DNA of 64,000 nucleotides, from the NCBI GenBank assembly GCA_016784445.1, contig JADHUR010000002.1, positions 31,092 to 95,091 of the forward strand. The letters run 5' to 3'. Both the position numbers and the translations under genes were made by a program. The stretch is from Patescibacteria group bacterium. GTDB lineage: Bacteria > Patescibacteriota > Patescibacteriia > UBA1558. The notes under the pieces were generated by a model. The model was given only the letters and a program-made list of their open reading frames with translations, was not told where the DNA came from and made no database searches. The first letter of the stretch is position 1; each line of letters begins with the position of its first letter. This document shows, piece by piece, positions 1 through 12,877 of the stretch.

Positions 1-1
1 T

Positions 2-607
2 CTGAATTTAATTGGTGAGTTTCAAATATATAATGCTATAGCAGCTGCAACAACTGCTAAGGCTTTGGGTATAGATTTTAAAATCAGCAGTGCTGCATTA
101 AAGAAAATAAAAAGTATTCCTGGTAGAGTTGAGTTTATAAATGAGAATCAACCTTTTAAAATACTTGTAGACTATGCCCCAGAAATAGAAAGTTTAAAAA
201 GACTATATCAAGGCATAGATAGTATTAAATATAAAAAGTTAATTCATGTACTTGGATCATGTGGTGGTGGTAGAGATATTGCTCGAAGACCAATCCTTGG
301 ACAAATGGCTGCCACAAAAGCAGATAAAATAATTATTACAAATGAAGATCCATATGATGATGATCCTCAAAAGATTATTGATGATATAGCTGCTGGTGCT
401 AGTAAAGTTGCACAAGTAACTGGTAAAAGTATATATAAAATATTAGATAGACGAGAGGCAATTAATAAAGCATTATCTCTTGCTAAGGAAGATGATCTTG
501 TGCTTATAACGGGTAAAGGTGCTGAGCAAGCAATCTGTGTAGCTGGTGGCAAAAAAGTTGCTTGGGACGATAGAGAAGTAATCAAAGAAGAGTTAAAGAA
601 AATATAA
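2..607 (+). CDS. murE: Mur ligase (MurE-like), C-terminal part, 5' truncated by the window edge
   Basis: Motifs PGRVE, VDYAP, GGGRD..RRP, NEDPYDDDP and ITGKGAE; the frame is open from base 2. Confidence 0.85.
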   Translation: MNLIGEFQIYNAIAAATTAKALGIDFKISSAALKKIKSIPGRVEFINENQPFKILVDYAPEIESLKRLYQGIDSIKYKKLIHVLGSCGGGRDIARRPILGQMAATKADKIIITNEDPYDDDPQKIIDDIAAGASKVAQVTGKSIYKILDRREAINKALSLAKEDDLVLITGKGAEQAICVAGGKKVAWDDREVIKEELKKI

Positions 608-620
608 AGACTATTACATA

Positions 621-660
621 AAATTAAGAGCAGGAAATTTCTTTCCCGCTCTTTTAATTT
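621..660. terminator. Bidirectional intrinsic terminator
   Basis: Imperfect stem aagagcaggaaa/tttcccgctctt with A/T-rich flanks between convergent genes. Confidence 0.65.
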
Positions 661-1079
661 TACTTTTCATTTAAATAAATGTAATAGTAGTTAATGCTCC
701 TCATAATATGAGGATCCCTTTCTTGGGAAATATAACCACTAATATCATCTATAAGATCTTGCCTTCGATCAGTTTGCTCGCGACTTAAGGGTAGGCGCAT
801 ACAACGGGGATAATCATTCCCCCACCTTTCTTTAATATTCCTTCTTTTTCTTTCATATAAAGTAAAGGTAATAACTCCAGCAAGAAGCGATACGATCATT
901 GCAATAAATAATATTCCTCCAATATCATTATTGCCAGCAGTACGAAGATTTTCCCACGACATTCTAACCCCTGCATAAGTAATTGCAAAAGTTAGAATTA
1001 TCCAAGTAAGAATATACCACCTTCTTAAATCGATAAACACAAACTGAAAACTTCCATCAGGCTTAACTCTCTTTCTCAC
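660..1079 (-). CDS. Orphan membrane protein (2 TM)
   Basis: GTG start with GGAGG SD; two hydrophobic segments; no recognised family. Confidence 0.6.
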   Translation of the reverse strand: MRKRVKPDGSFQFVFIDLRRWYILTWIILTFAITYAGVRMSWENLRTAGNNDIGGILFIAMIVSLLAGVITFTLYERKRRNIKERWGNDYPRCMRLPLSREQTDRRQDLIDDISGYISQERDPHIMRSINYYYIYLNEK

Positions 1080-1207
1080 AATATACCCTCCATCTTAATG
1101 TTCACAATAATATCTATTTTTAACACATATATTCATACCTGTCAATACTTAAGCAAAATAAAAAGCACCAGATTAATTCCGGTGCTTTAAATTTAAAATA
1201 CTTACTC

Positions 1208-1993
1208 TCATTCTTTCGAAGTATTATAGAAATGGTCAGTACGGTCATCATCCCATCCAATAATAAGTAGTCCTTTAGCAGCTGGTATTCTATTGAGATA
1301 TTCAGCTGAAGAGCTCCCTTCAGAAAATCTATTATACTCATGCCGAGCATATTTCTTCCTATTATAGACTCTCATCCAGAAAATCATTGGCCAATAAACA
1401 AAGAGACTAACCAATATCACTGATGCTATACAAATTAAAAAGAACATGAAAGCTAAAAGAAGAACAAACCAATAGAGCTTTAAATCGTGAGGAATTGTGG
1501 TGTAATGCGGAATAGCATAAACCCTTCCATTGGTTTTCCTTTCATATGTCCATTCTAGGTAAGGATTCCCATCAACAGCAGATAGGTCAGAATATTCATA
1601 AGGAACTGCAATCTTTGAATTCCAGTGTTCCGACCAAAGAACAATCCTATCCCCTGTTAGATAAACACTCCAATCGAAGTGTTTTTCCAATAAATCCTCT
1701 AACTTATAATAAAAATCAATATCATAAGTCTCTCGTTTTTTTGGTGTTGGATCACGAACAAAAGTTGAGCCAATCATGATTTTAGTAAGCAATTCATGCT
1801 TGCAGATATTACCATCTACTAAGTAATCATAATTTTCTACAACTTGTCTTACTTGCTCAATCTCAGGTAAACCATACTCACTCCAAGAAAAGCCCAAAAA
1901 TAATACAATTGCAAGTAGCAAATAAAGAATCTTTGAAGCTAATCCAATATTGATCACCCTTAAGCCGCTTGAATAGCTATCTATTCCTATCAT
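1208..1993 (-). CDS. Orphan membrane protein (N- and C-terminal TM, extracytoplasmic middle)
   Basis: 261-aa ORF with AAAGGAGG SD and two hydrophobic blocks. Confidence 0.65.
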   Translation of the reverse strand: MIGIDSYSSGLRVINIGLASKILYLLLAIVLFLGFSWSEYGLPEIEQVRQVVENYDYLVDGNICKHELLTKIMIGSTFVRDPTPKKRETYDIDFYYKLEDLLEKHFDWSVYLTGDRIVLWSEHWNSKIAVPYEYSDLSAVDGNPYLEWTYERKTNGRVYAIPHYTTIPHDLKLYWFVLLLAFMFFLICIASVILVSLFVYWPMIFWMRVYNRKKYARHEYNRFSEGSSSAEYLNRIPAAKGLLIIGWDDDRTDHFYNTSKE

Positions 1994-2222
1994 ACGCCCT
2001 CCTTTTATATAACCATTATTTTAAAGTTCAAATCATAACATTCAGTATTAAACCTTAGCGCAACAATACCACAAAGTCAATTACATCTAACTAACTGTGG
2101 ATAACTTGGTGGAAAATAGCTAATATTAGCGCTTCAAATTAAGTATTTGACAAAAATATTTTCTTTACTTTCTAAATTATTGGCTCAACTAAGCCAATAT
2201 ATAGTATTTTTCCCTCTAGCCC

Positions 2223-2251
2223 TTGACTAAACAGTCAAAATCAGCTAATAT
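2223..2251 (+). promoter_or_regulatory. Sigma70-type promoter of rpoBC
   Basis: TTGACT-17 nt-TAATAT; the -35 lies in the inverted repeat ttgact-aaac-agtcaa. Confidence 0.55.
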
Positions 2252-2410
2252 ATAGTCATGTTTTTTGGGGGTTCGCAAGTAAATTTTAGCTAAAATTACA
2301 GTTTAACTCGTCCACGCAGCTGTGGAGGAGCTTTTTTTGTGCCCAAGAACTTTCGTATCTTTTGTCAACAAATAATTTTAATATAACTTTAATTTTTTTA
2401 TACTTAAGCT

Positions 2411-5400
2411 ATGCCAATACATCCACTAGGTGAAAGAAAATATTTCTCACCAAATCGCGACGCTATGCCGCTACCGGATCTTACTCAATTGCAGAAAGAT
2501 TCATATAAATGGTTCTTTGATGAAGGTATTAGAGAGTTGTTTGAAGAGGTTAACCCTATTAGTGATTATATAGGTAGAAACCTTGAACTCTATATGATGG
2601 ATTACTATCTTGATGAGCCTAAGTTTGATGAAGCTACAGCAAGAGATAGAAATATAACCTATGAAGCACCGCTTCGAGTAAAGGTTAAGCTAGTTAATAA
2701 AAAAACTGGTGAAATTAAAGAACAAGAAATATACCTTGGAGATTTTCCATTAATGACAAATAAAGGTACTTTTATTGTTAATGGTGTTGAGAGAGTTGTG
2801 GTGTCCCAGTTGATTAGATCAGCTGGTGCTTTTTTTACCTCAAATTTATACAGAGGAAAGAAATTATACGGAGCAAAGATTATTCCTAACCGTGGTGCAT
2901 GGCTTGAAATTGAAACAGAATCTAATAATGGAATCTTTGTTAAGATAGATAGAAAACGTAAGGTTGCAGTGACTGCACTTCTTAGAGCTTTTGGTTATAG
3001 TACTGATCAAGATATTTTAAGCTTGTTCTCAGATATTGATGAGCCTGCTATTAAGAAATATTTAGAAACAACATTATCAAAAGATACATCTAAAAATGAA
3101 GAAGATGGTTTGATTGAAGTATATAAACGTATTAGACCAGGAGACCTAGCTACTGCCGAAAATGCAAAGAGTCTTATTCATGCTATGTTCTTTAACTTTG
3201 ATCGTTATGACTTTGGACCAGTTGGTAGATATAAATTAAATAAACGTTTTGACACTAATTATCCAATAGATAAAACCAATAGAGTATTACTAGTTGATGA
3301 CTTGGTTAGAATTATTAAAGAAATTATTAGACTAAATGTTACCCAAGATGATGCAGATGATATTGATCACTTAGGTAATAGAAGAATTAGAGCAATCGGT
3401 GAACTTATTCAAAATAAATTTAGAATAGGTCTTGCTCGTATGGAAAGAATTATTAGAGATAGAATGAGTACATTAGATATTCATACTTTAACTCCAAATC
3501 AACTTATTAATGCAAGACCAGTTATTGGCACCATTAAAGAGTTCTTTATGAGTTCACAATTATCTCAGTTCATGGACCAAATTAATCCATTGTCTGAGCT
3601 AGAACATAAGAGACGTCTATCTGCTATGGGACCTGGTGGTCTATCTCGTGAAAGAGCTGGATTTGAAGTTCGTGATGTACATAGAACTCATTATGGACGT
3701 ATTTGTCCTATTGCTACTCCAGAGGGTCCAAATATTGGACTAGTTGGACAGCTAGCCTCTTATGCTAGAGTAAATAAATATGGATTCATTGAAACTCCTT
3801 ATAGAAAAGTTATTAGAAATCCAAAAAATAATACTGCTGATGCTATTGGCTATACATTAAGAGAAGATTTAATAGATACAGATTCTGGTAAAATAGTTGC
3901 TAAAAAAGGAACTAATATAGATGAAAAACTAGCTAAGAATTTAGCAGCTTATGAAAATATTAAAACAATTCCAGTAATACCAGTTATTACAAATGAAATT
4001 GAATATATTGATGCTTTCATTGAAGAAAGATCAACTTCAACAGCAGCCACTACAAAGGTGGATGAGAATGGTCATTTCATTAATGAATTTGCTGAAGTTA
4101 GAAAGAATGGTAGACCATCATTTGAAAGAGTAGAAACAATAGATTATGTTGATGTTTCATCTTATCAAATAATTAGTATATCTACAGCTCTTATTCCATT
4201 CATTGAGAATGATGATGCTGTTAGAGCACTTATGGGAACAAATATGCAAAGGCAGGGTGTCTCTGTTATTAAACCTCAGACCCCTATTATTGGAACTGGC
4301 ATTGAAAGAAAAGCTGCTCTTGATTCAGGTCAAGCAATTGCTGCTAAAGAGGATAGTGAAGTTGTTAAAGTTCAATCTAATTTAATTCAAACTAAAACAA
4401 AAGATGGTCATACTCATGACTATCCTTTAAATAAATTTATGCGTTCTAATGCTGGTACTTCTATCAATCAAAAGCCAATAGTAAATGTTGGAGATAAAGT
4501 TGTGGCCGGCGAGGCTATTGCAGATGGCGCATCAACAGAACATGGAGAATTAGCTCTTGGACAAAATATTTTAGTTGCATATATGACTTGGGATGGTGGT
4601 AATTATGAAGATGCTATTCTAATTTCTGAAAGAGTTGTCGAACAAGATAGATACACTTCAGTGCATATTGAAAATTATTCAATAGATATTAGAGATACAA
4701 AACTTGGACCAGAACTTATTACAAAAGATATTCCTAATGTAGGTGAAGAAAAACTCAAAGATTTAGATGAAGAAGGTATTATTCGTATTGGTGCTCAAGT
4801 TTCATCTGGAGATATTCTAGTTGGTAAGATTACACCAAAGGGTGAAACTGAATTATCTGCAGAAGAAAAATTATTAAGAGCTATCTTTGGCGAAAAAGCT
4901 AAAGACGTTAGAGACACCTCACTTTATCTAGAACATGGTGAGCACGGTAAGGTAATTAATATTAAAATCTTCTCAAGAAAGAATGGAGATAAATTACCAG
5001 CTGGTGTTATTAGATCTGTTCAAGTAACAATAGCTCAATTACGTAAAATTCAAGTTGGAGATAAGATGGCTGGACGTCATGGTAATAAAGGTGTTATTTC
5101 TAGAATCATTCCAGTTGAAGATATGCCTTTCTTAGAAGACGGCACTCCAGTAGATATTGTTCTAAATCCACTTGGTGTTATTTCTCGTATGAACCTTGGA
5201 CAGCTTATGGAAACCCATTTAGGTCTTGCTGCTAAAAAACTAGGTTATAGAGTTGCAACTCCTGCACTTAATGGTGTAAAAGCTGAACAAATTGCAGAAG
5301 AGCTTAAAAAAGCAGGATATCCAGAAGACGGTAAGCTTCAATTATTTGATGGCCGTAATGGACAACCTTTCGATAAAAAGACAACGGTTGGTATTACTTA

Positions 5401-5818
5401 TATGTTAAAACTAAATCACCTTGTTGAAGATAAGATTCACCAACGTTCAATCGGACCTTATTCACTTGTTACTCAACAACCTCTTGGTGGTAAAGCACAA
5501 TTTGGTGGTCAGAGATTCGGTGAGATGGAAGTTTGGGCTTTAGAAGCATATGGAGCTGCTCACATGCTACAAGAAATATTGACTATTAAGTCAGATGATG
5601 TGCCGGGAAGAAGTAAGGCCTATGAAGCAATCATTAAAGGCGAACCAATTGATAAAGTTAATATACCTGAATCATTTAATGTTCTCGTTAGAGAGCTTAA
5701 AGGTTTAGGACTTGATGTTGATCTTATGAAAAATAAGAAATCTGCAAATGATGTAAAAGTTGAAGAAAAGGATGAAGCAGAAGAAACAGAAGACAAGCAA
5801 AAAGAAGACAAAGAATAA
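2411..5818 (+). CDS. rpoB: RNA polymerase beta subunit
   Basis: Motifs [21 protein letters not shown] and [17 protein letters not shown]. Confidence 0.99.
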   Translation: MPIHPLGERKYFSPNRDAMPLPDLTQLQKDSYKWFFDEGIRELFEEVNPISDYIGRNLELYMMDYYLDEPKFDEATARDRNITYEAPLRVKVKLVNKKTGEIKEQEIYLGDFPLMTNKGTFIVNGVERVVVSQLIRSAGAFFTSNLYRGKKLYGAKIIPNRGAWLEIETESNNGIFVKIDRKRKVAVTALLRAFGYSTDQDILSLFSDIDEPAIKKYLETTLSKDTSKNEEDGLIEVYKRIRPGDLATAENAKSLIHAMFFNFDRYDFGPVGRYKLNKRFDTNYPIDKTNRVLLVDDLVRIIKEIIRLNVTQDDADDIDHLGNRRIRAIGELIQNKFRIGLARMERIIRDRMSTLDIHTLTPNQLINARPVIGTIKEFFMSSQLSQFMDQINPLSELEHKRRLSAMGPGGLSRERAGFEVRDVHRTHYGRICPIATPEGPNIGLVGQLASYARVNKYGFIETPYRKVIRNPKNNTADAIGYTLREDLIDTDSGKIVAKKGTNIDEKLAKNLAAYENIKTIPVIPVITNEIEYIDAFIEERSTSTAATTKVDENGHFINEFAEVRKNGRPSFERVETIDYVDVSSYQIISISTALIPFIENDDAVRALMGTNMQRQGVSVIKPQTPIIGTGIERKAALDSGQAIAAKEDSEVVKVQSNLIQTKTKDGHTHDYPLNKFMRSNAGTSINQKPIVNVGDKVVAGEAIADGASTEHGELALGQNILVAYMTWDGGNYEDAILISERVVEQDRYTSVHIENYSIDIRDTKLGPELITKDIPNVGEEKLKDLDEEGIIRIGAQVSSGDILVGKITPKGETELSAEEKLLRAIFGEKAKDVRDTSLYLEHGEHGKVINIKIFSRKNGDKLPAGVIRSVQVTIAQLRKIQVGDKMAGRHGNKGVISRIIPVEDMPFLEDGTPVDIVLNPLGVISRMNLGQLMETHLGLAAKKLGYRVATPALNGVKAEQIAEELKKAGYPEDGKLQLFDGRNGQPFDKKTTVGITYMLKLNHLVEDKIHQRSIGPYSLVTQQPLGGKAQFGGQRFGEMEVWALEAYGAAHMLQEILTIKSDDVPGRSKAYEAIIKGEPIDKVNIPESFNVLVRELKGLGLDVDLMKNKKSANDVKVEEKDEAEETEDKQKEDKE

Positions 5819-5844
5819 TATAATTATTTAACTATATATATCAT

Positions 5845-8800
5845 ATGCCTACTCCATCATCAACAAAAACAACCTTCATTCCACAAACAGCAGCCAATAT
5901 AGAATTTGATGCTATCAAATTAAAATTGGCTAGCCCGGAAATAATACATAAATGGTCACATGGTGAAATATTAAAACCTGAGACTATCAATTACCGTACA
6001 CAAAAACCTGAAAAGGATGGCCTATTCTGTGAAAAAATATTTGGCCCATCAAAAGACTGGGAATGTTATTGTGGTAAATATAAACGTATCCGTTATAAGG
6101 GTATTGTTTGTGACAAATGTGGCGTTGAAGTTACACGTGCAATTGTAAGACGTGAACGCATGGGCCATATTGACCTCTCTACTCCTGTTTCACATATTTG
6201 GTTCTTACGTGGCATCCCATCACGTATTGGACTTGTATTAAATATGTCATCTCAAGAATTAGAGAAAGTTATATACTTTGCTTCCTTTGTTATTACAGAT
6301 GTAGACGAAGACTTAAGAGAGCAAACAATGGAACAATTAAAAGGTGAGCTTAAATCTAAAGCTAAAGGTATTAAAAATGAATTCGACCAAAAGGTTGCTC
6401 AAATTAATCAAGTAAGAGCAGATCATTTAAGTAAGGCTAAGGATGACAAAGCAAAGCAAAAGATTGAAAAAGAAGCTCTAGAACAAATTGAAATAATGGA
6501 AACAGCTCGTGAAGATAAATTAACCCATCTTCAAGATGCAGCAGATAGAGCAAAAAAGGAATTGAAAGATTTACAGATTAATCAAATAGTTTCAGAATCT
6601 AAATACCAAGACCTATCTATGAAATATGGTCATGTATTTAATGCAAATATTGGAGCTGAAGCTATTAAATATTTACTTGCAAGAGTAGACCTAGAAAAAC
6701 TTGCTGATGAATTAAAAGAAGAAAAGACAGTTGCTATTCCTTCAAAGCTTAAAAAAATTACAAAGAGATTAAAGCTTATTAAAAACTTAATCGCTAATGA
6801 GATTAGACCTGAGTGGATGATTATGACAGCTATTCCTGTTATTCCACCAGACCTAAGGCCTATGGTAGCTCTTGATGGTGGACGTTTTGCAACATCTGAC
6901 CTTAATGATTTATATAGACGTGTTATCAATAGAAATAATAGATTAAAGCGCTTGAAAGACTTAAGCGCCCCTGAAATCATTCAAAGAAATGAAAAGAGAA
7001 TGTTACAGGAAGCTGTTGATGCCTTAATAGATAATAATGCTAGAAGAAGTAAAACAGTTACTGCTTCAACAGGGCAGAAAAGAACTCTTAAGAGTATTGC
7101 CGACATGTTAAAGGGTAAACAGGGTCGTTTTAGACAGAATCTACTCGGTAAAAGAATTGACTACTCTGGTCGTTCTGTAATTGTAGCGGGACCAAAACTT
7201 AAGATTGAACAATGTGGTATTCCAAAGATCATGGCTTTAGAATTATTTAGACCATTTGTAATTTCACGTTTAATTAAAGATGAGCTTGTACATAATGTAA
7301 GATCAGCAAATAGATATATCGAACAAGATCATCCTGAGGTTTGGGATATTCTTGCAGATATTACAAAAGAATCATATGTTTTGCTTAATCGTGCTCCTAC
7401 TCTTCACCGTTTAGGTATTCAAGCTTTTAAACCAACATTAATTGAAGGTAAGGCTATTCAAATTCACCCTATGGTATGTAAAGCTTTTAATGCAGACTTT
7501 GATGGTGACCAAATGGCAGTTCATGTACCTCTAACAGAAGAAGCTAAGAAAGAAGCGGCAGAACTTATGCTTTCTACTAAGAATGTATTAAAACCTGCAA
7601 CTGGCCAACCTGTTATGTCAGCTGATCAAGATATTGTTTGGGGAAGTTATTATCTAACATATGATAGTGGATTAAAAGATGAAACTCCAAAAGCATTTAC
7701 AGATTATAATGAAGCTAAGATGGCATATGATTTGGAACACATTTCATTACATCAAATAATTAGAATCAAGATAGAGAAGGTAATGACAGAAACAACTGTT
7801 GGAAGATTAATCTTTAATACTATTTTGCCAAAAGAAATTGACTTCGTTAATAAAACATTAACTTCTGGTGATTTAAGAAATATAATTGGTCAAACTATTC
7901 ATTTAGCAGGACCTGAGGAAGCTGTTATTCTTTTAGACAAATTAAAAGATTTAGCTTACAAATATATTACTAAGTCCGGACTATCTTGGAGTATTGCTGA
8001 TGTGCCGATTATTAAAGAAAAGGCTGGTATTATTAAAGGTGGTGAAGTTAGGGTTCAAGAAATTCAACAACAATTCAATGATGGACTTCTTACCAATCAT
8101 GAAAGATATGTAAAGATTATTGAAACCTGGAATGAGATTAAGAATGATATTACAGATGTAAGTAAGGCTTCATTTGATGCTGGTTCATCCCTATACTCTA
8201 TTATTAATTCTGGCGCTCGTGGATCATGGGCTCAATTAATTCAGATTATGGGAATGAAAGGTTCTGTGGTTTCTCCATCTGGTGAAATTATTGAATTACC
8301 TATTAAAGCTAATTTCCGTGAAGGCTTAGATGTTCTTGAATACTTCATTTCAACTCATGGAGCTAGAAAAGGTTTATCAGATACAGCTCTTAGAACTGCT
8401 AGTGCTGGTTATTTAACTAGACGTCTAGTAGATGTTTCTCAAGATTTAATTATAAGTGAGCCAGATTGTGGAGATAAAGAAGGTTTAACACTTACACTTA
8501 AAGATGCTGAAGATATTGGTGAAAAATTAGATGTTCTAATCCTAGGACGTCTTGCTATGACAACTATCAAAAATCCAAAAACAGATGAGATCATTGTTAA
8601 GAAGAATGGAATTATAGACAGAGAAGCAGCAGCAGAGATAATGAAGTCTGAAGTTCCTGAAGTAACTATAAGATCGAATATGACATGTAAAACCAAGCGT
8701 GGTTTATGTCAGAAATGTTATGGTTGGGACCTTGCATATAATAAGCCAGTTGAAAATGGTGTAGCAGTGGGAATTGTTGCAGCTCAAAGTATTGGTGAAC

Positions 8801-9753
8801 CTGGTACTCAGCTTACTATGAGAACCTTCCATACTGGTGGTGTTGCAGCAGCTGGAGATATTACTCAAGGTTTGCCTAGAGTTGAAGAAATTTTTGAAGC
8901 AAGACAACCAAAGAGAAAAGCTATTCTAGCTGAAGAAGATGGTGAGATAGTTATAGATAAAGATATAGACTTAAGTATTAGAAAAGAAAGAACTATTGTT
9001 TACAAATACTTTGGACCAACATTAGAATCTCATCCATTCCATGAAGACTATGAATTGAAAGTAAAGAATGATGCTAAGATTAAAACTGGAGATGTAATCA
9101 TGGCACATATTGGTGGTAAGAAAACTATTACTGCCAAAAATGATGGCCAAATAAGAATTACAAAGACTGAATTACATGTCTTCTCACCTGTTGAGGCTAC
9201 AAAGGAAGTAATTATTCCACCTGGATATAGTCTATGTGTTAAAAATGGAGATAAGCTAAAGGCTGGCGATTCTTTAACAGAGGGAAGTATTGACCTTAAA
9301 GAACTTTATCTAAGAAAAGACAGAAGAGCAACTGAAAAATACATTATTAAAGAAATTATGTGGATATATTCATCTCAAGGACAAAAGATTAATATGAAGC
9401 ATATTGAAATAATTATTAGACAGATGTTCTCAAGAATAATGGTTATTGATTCTGGTGACAGTAATGTGTTACCTGGAGATATTACAACCTATTCAGAATT
9501 TGAAGAGGAAAACCAAAAAATAGCAGATCAAAAGGGTAAAGAATCAATTGGTGATGCTCTATTACTAGGTATTACAAAGGCCTCACTATCTACAGATAGT
9601 TGGCTATCTGCAGCTTCATTCCAAGAAACAGCCAGAGTCTTAATTGATGCAGCTATTACTGGTAAAGTTGACAAATTGAAGGGATTGAAGGAGAATGTAA
9701 TTATTGGTAGATTAATACCAGCAGGAACTGGGCTTATAGACAAGAAGAAATAA
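5845..9753 (+). CDS. rpoC: RNA polymerase beta' subunit
   Basis: NADFDGD catalytic motif, Zn-binding CYCGKYK..CDKC, and a helical insertion at about aa 150-260. Confidence 0.99.
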   Translation: MPTPSSTKTTFIPQTAANIEFDAIKLKLASPEIIHKWSHGEILKPETINYRTQKPEKDGLFCEKIFGPSKDWECYCGKYKRIRYKGIVCDKCGVEVTRAIVRRERMGHIDLSTPVSHIWFLRGIPSRIGLVLNMSSQELEKVIYFASFVITDVDEDLREQTMEQLKGELKSKAKGIKNEFDQKVAQINQVRADHLSKAKDDKAKQKIEKEALEQIEIMETAREDKLTHLQDAADRAKKELKDLQINQIVSESKYQDLSMKYGHVFNANIGAEAIKYLLARVDLEKLADELKEEKTVAIPSKLKKITKRLKLIKNLIANEIRPEWMIMTAIPVIPPDLRPMVALDGGRFATSDLNDLYRRVINRNNRLKRLKDLSAPEIIQRNEKRMLQEAVDALIDNNARRSKTVTASTGQKRTLKSIADMLKGKQGRFRQNLLGKRIDYSGRSVIVAGPKLKIEQCGIPKIMALELFRPFVISRLIKDELVHNVRSANRYIEQDHPEVWDILADITKESYVLLNRAPTLHRLGIQAFKPTLIEGKAIQIHPMVCKAFNADFDGDQMAVHVPLTEEAKKEAAELMLSTKNVLKPATGQPVMSADQDIVWGSYYLTYDSGLKDETPKAFTDYNEAKMAYDLEHISLHQIIRIKIEKVMTETTVGRLIFNTILPKEIDFVNKTLTSGDLRNIIGQTIHLAGPEEAVILLDKLKDLAYKYITKSGLSWSIADVPIIKEKAGIIKGGEVRVQEIQQQFNDGLLTNHERYVKIIETWNEIKNDITDVSKASFDAGSSLYSIINSGARGSWAQLIQIMGMKGSVVSPSGEIIELPIKANFREGLDVLEYFISTHGARKGLSDTALRTASAGYLTRRLVDVSQDLIISEPDCGDKEGLTLTLKDAEDIGEKLDVLILGRLAMTTIKNPKTDEIIVKKNGIIDREAAAEIMKSEVPEVTIRSNMTCKTKRGLCQKCYGWDLAYNKPVENGVAVGIVAAQSIGEPGTQLTMRTFHTGGVAAAGDITQGLPRVEEIFEARQPKRKAILAEEDGEIVIDKDIDLSIRKERTIVYKYFGPTLESHPFHEDYELKVKNDAKIKTGDVIMAHIGGKKTITAKNDGQIRITKTELHVFSPVEATKEVIIPPGYSLCVKNGDKLKAGDSLTEGSIDLKELYLRKDRRATEKYIIKEIMWIYSSQGQKINMKHIEIIIRQMFSRIMVIDSGDSNVLPGDITTYSEFEEENQKIADQKGKESIGDALLLGITKASLSTDSWLSAASFQETARVLIDAAITGKVDKLKGLKENVIIGRLIPAGTGLIDKKK

Positions 9754-9771
9754 AGCATACACATTATATAG

Positions 9772-9800
9772 AAAACAGGGTCATTTTTGGCCCTGTTTTT
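9772..9800 (+). terminator. rpoBC terminator
   Basis: aaaacagggtca/tggccctgttttt hairpin with T-tract. Confidence 0.8.
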
Positions 9801-9872
9801 GTATATATTTAAGTTGTAGAAAACACCTTAAAATGGTAAAATATACTCTGCTCAACAATATTTAAATTTAAA

Positions 9873-12125
9873 ATGGCTAAACAAAAAAAATCAAAAAAAG
9901 GTAAGAAAAATAGTGAGATCCTGTCTCCTGAGACCAAAAAAGGAATCTTTATTATACTTATATTCCTGATTGCTTTACTTGGACTATTATCTTTATTAGA
10001 TTCAGCTGGTGCCTTTGGCGCAATTGCCAATCAAATACTTGGACTAGTTCTAGGATGGGGTAAATGGATATTCCCATTATTATTATTAATGTGGGGATAC
10101 TTTCTCCTTAATCCTGATAAATATTTACTTAAGCCAAGTAATTATCTTGGGTTGTTTTTCGTAATACTTGGTTATTCTGGACTACTTGAACTTATTCATG
10201 ATTTTAATAATTTACAAGGAGGCTTTTCAGCTAATGAAGGTGGTGGATATATTGGCTATGCCATAACCCAACCATTACAACAAGCAATGGGAGGCTTTGC
10301 CTCTTTTGTAATATTACTAGGACTATTATTAATATCTATATTAATTTCTTTTAATATATCTTTAGATGAGCTTGGCAATAAGGTAAATATATTTAGGCTT
10401 CTATGGCTTAAAATTAAATCATTTTCTTTCAGCAGACCTAAAGTAGATTATGAGGATGATTATGAAGAAGAGGAAGAGTATGAAGAAGATGAATATGAAG
10501 AAGACGATGAAGAAGTTGAAGAAGAAGAGTATGAAGAAGATGAAGTAAATGATGGAAAAGATGAAGATATGAAAGAGCTCATTGAAATGCCTAAACCAAG
10601 GAAAAAAGCTCCACGTGTTAAAGTTCCTATGGATTTATTAGATGAGAATGGTGCTGAACCAACAAGCGGAGATATAGATGCATCGGCTGAGAAAATTAGA
10701 AAAACTTTTGAAAACTTTAATATTGAGGTAGCTATGGGTGAAGCTAATATTGGCCCAACAGTTACACAATTTACATTCAAACCAGCAGACGGAATAAAAC
10801 TATCTCAAATAACTGCCTTAGATAGAGATATAGCCCTTGCTCTTGCTGCTAAACGTATCCGTATTGAAGCCCCAATTCCTGGTAAATCACTAGTTGGAGT
10901 TGAGGTTCCAAATAAGAAAGTAGCTGTAGTTAAATTAAGAGAAATTATTGAATCAGACGCTTTTCAAAAGGGCTCTAAACCCCTTGTTACTGCTCTTGGT
11001 AAAGATGTCTCTGGGGAGTGCAAGGTTACATATATTTCTAAAATGCCTCACTGTTTAATCGCAGGTGCTACAGGCTCTGGTAAAAGTGTTTGTCTTAATG
11101 CTTTTATTATTAGCTTACTATACAAATATCATCCTGAAGAATTGAAATTTATAATGGTAGACCCAAAGAGAGTTGAGCTGTCTATCTATAATAATATTCC
11201 TCATTTACTGACTCCAATTATTACAGAAATTCCGAAAACTATTAATGCCCTGCGCTGGGCTGTTAGCGAAATGGAAGAAAGATATAAGCTATTACAAAGT
11301 GTCGGTAAAAAAGACATTGAATCATATAATAGTAGTGTCTTAGTAAATAGAATGCCATATCTTGTAATAGTAATAGATGAGCTTGCTGAGCTTATGGTTA
11401 TTAATCCAAAAGATGTTGAACCTTCAATTATCAGACTAGCACAACTTGCTAGAGCGGTTGGTATTCACTTAGTAATTGCCACCCAAAGACCTTCAACCAA
11501 TGTTATTACAGGGCTCATTAAGGCTAATATTACAACTAGAATTGCTTTCTCAGTTGCTTCAAATGTTGACTCTCGTACCATTATTGATTCACCTGGAGCA
11601 GAAAAGCTACTTGGCAATGGAGATATGTTATATACCTCTTCTGAATTACCTGAACCAAGAAGAATACAAGGTGCATTTGTAAGTGAAAAAGAAATACAGC
11701 GCGTAGTAAACTTCTGGAAAGAACAAGGTGAGCCAGAATATGATGATGCTATTGTTGAAAGGCAAAAAGTTGGTAGTATGCCAGGAAATGCACTTGGAGG
11801 TGGAAATGATGAAGACGAATTGCTAATGGATGCTCAAGAAGTTGTAGTTAAAGCAGGCAAAGCTTCAGCATCATTACTACAAAGAAGATTAAGGGTTGGT
11901 TATGCTAGGGCTGCTAGTATTTTAGATATGCTAGAAGAAAAAGGAATTGTTGGGCCACCTAATGGAGCTAAGCCTCGTGAAATATTAATAAGACAAGAAG
12001 ACCTAGAAGAGAATTTAGATATGAGAGAATATACAGACGGCTGGGAAGACGAAGAAAAGTCTGAAGAAAACGAAAACCGCACAGAACAAAATGAAGACGA
12101 CGAAGACGAAGAAGATAAAGAATAA
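9873..12125 (+). CDS. ftsK: FtsK/SpoIIIE DNA translocase
   Basis: N-terminal TM domain, acidic linker, GATGSGKS, IDELAELM, and gamma domain ASASLLQRRLRVGYARA. Confidence 0.97.
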   Translation: MAKQKKSKKGKKNSEILSPETKKGIFIILIFLIALLGLLSLLDSAGAFGAIANQILGLVLGWGKWIFPLLLLMWGYFLLNPDKYLLKPSNYLGLFFVILGYSGLLELIHDFNNLQGGFSANEGGGYIGYAITQPLQQAMGGFASFVILLGLLLISILISFNISLDELGNKVNIFRLLWLKIKSFSFSRPKVDYEDDYEEEEEYEEDEYEEDDEEVEEEEYEEDEVNDGKDEDMKELIEMPKPRKKAPRVKVPMDLLDENGAEPTSGDIDASAEKIRKTFENFNIEVAMGEANIGPTVTQFTFKPADGIKLSQITALDRDIALALAAKRIRIEAPIPGKSLVGVEVPNKKVAVVKLREIIESDAFQKGSKPLVTALGKDVSGECKVTYISKMPHCLIAGATGSGKSVCLNAFIISLLYKYHPEELKFIMVDPKRVELSIYNNIPHLLTPIITEIPKTINALRWAVSEMEERYKLLQSVGKKDIESYNSSVLVNRMPYLVIVIDELAELMVINPKDVEPSIIRLAQLARAVGIHLVIATQRPSTNVITGLIKANITTRIAFSVASNVDSRTIIDSPGAEKLLGNGDMLYTSSELPEPRRIQGAFVSEKEIQRVVNFWKEQGEPEYDDAIVERQKVGSMPGNALGGGNDEDELLMDAQEVVVKAGKASASLLQRRLRVGYARAASILDMLEEKGIVGPPNGAKPREILIRQEDLEENLDMREYTDGWEDEEKSEENENRTEQNEDDEDEEDKE

Positions 12126-12130
12126 ATAAT

Positions 12131-12847
12131 ATGAATTCATTTATTACAAAAAAAGTAGTCTCACATCAAACAGTTCCAGAAACTCTACGCAAAACTAGAG
12201 AGGAGCAAGGTCTTGATTTGCTTGAAGTTTCAAAAAGTATAAATATTCAACCTAAATATTTACAAGCCCTTGAAGATGGTGCTTATGATATTTTGCCTGG
12301 TGAAATTTATGCTCAACAATGGCTACGCTCATATGGAAAACTTTTAGATTTGGATATACGCTGGCTAATTAAAGAATATGACAGAGAAAAAGGAGTACAG
12401 ATGCAATTTAGTGGCTTTGTCAGACCTGAAATAAATAATAAGAATTGGTTATCATGGCTTAACCCTAAAACATTAAGGGTTGCTGGCATTGCCATAGTAA
12501 CAATTGCCTTTGTATTTTATATAGGTACTGGTGTGTATAATATAATCAAACCCCCTTCACTTTCTGTTAATGAACCATTAAATAATATAACAACCGCAGC
12601 TAGACTGATTACAATTAGTGGTGAAACAGATCCTGAAATAGAATTAACAATAAATAATGAATTAGTACTTGCAGATATTAATGGAGATTTTAGTAAAGAA
12701 ATTAATTTATCCTTGGGGCTTAATGTTCTAGAAGTAACAGCTATAAAAAAACACGGTGCACAAAAACAAATAACAATCTCTGTTTTTAGACAAGAACAAC
12801 AAGTAAACAGAGTTAATACATCATTATCTAAACAATTTGACTTTTAA
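12131..12847 (+). CDS. RodZ-like HTH membrane protein with C-terminal Ig-like domain
   Basis: N-terminal HTH (YLQALEDGAYDILPG), single TM, beta-rich C-terminus; lies between ftsK and recA. Confidence 0.75.
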   Translation: MNSFITKKVVSHQTVPETLRKTREEQGLDLLEVSKSINIQPKYLQALEDGAYDILPGEIYAQQWLRSYGKLLDLDIRWLIKEYDREKGVQMQFSGFVRPEINNKNWLSWLNPKTLRVAGIAIVTIAFVFYIGTGVYNIIKPPSLSVNEPLNNITTAARLITISGETDPEIELTINNELVLADINGDFSKEINLSLGLNVLEVTAIKKHGAQKQITISVFRQEQQVNRVNTSLSKQFDF

Positions 12848-12877
12848 ACAGGGTCTTTAAATATTAATTATGAAATT

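Noticed and set aside
10455-10570. GAA-rich repeat in ftsK and similar tracts in nusA and rpoB tails
   Set aside because: Acidic low-complexity protein linkers, not DNA repeat elements
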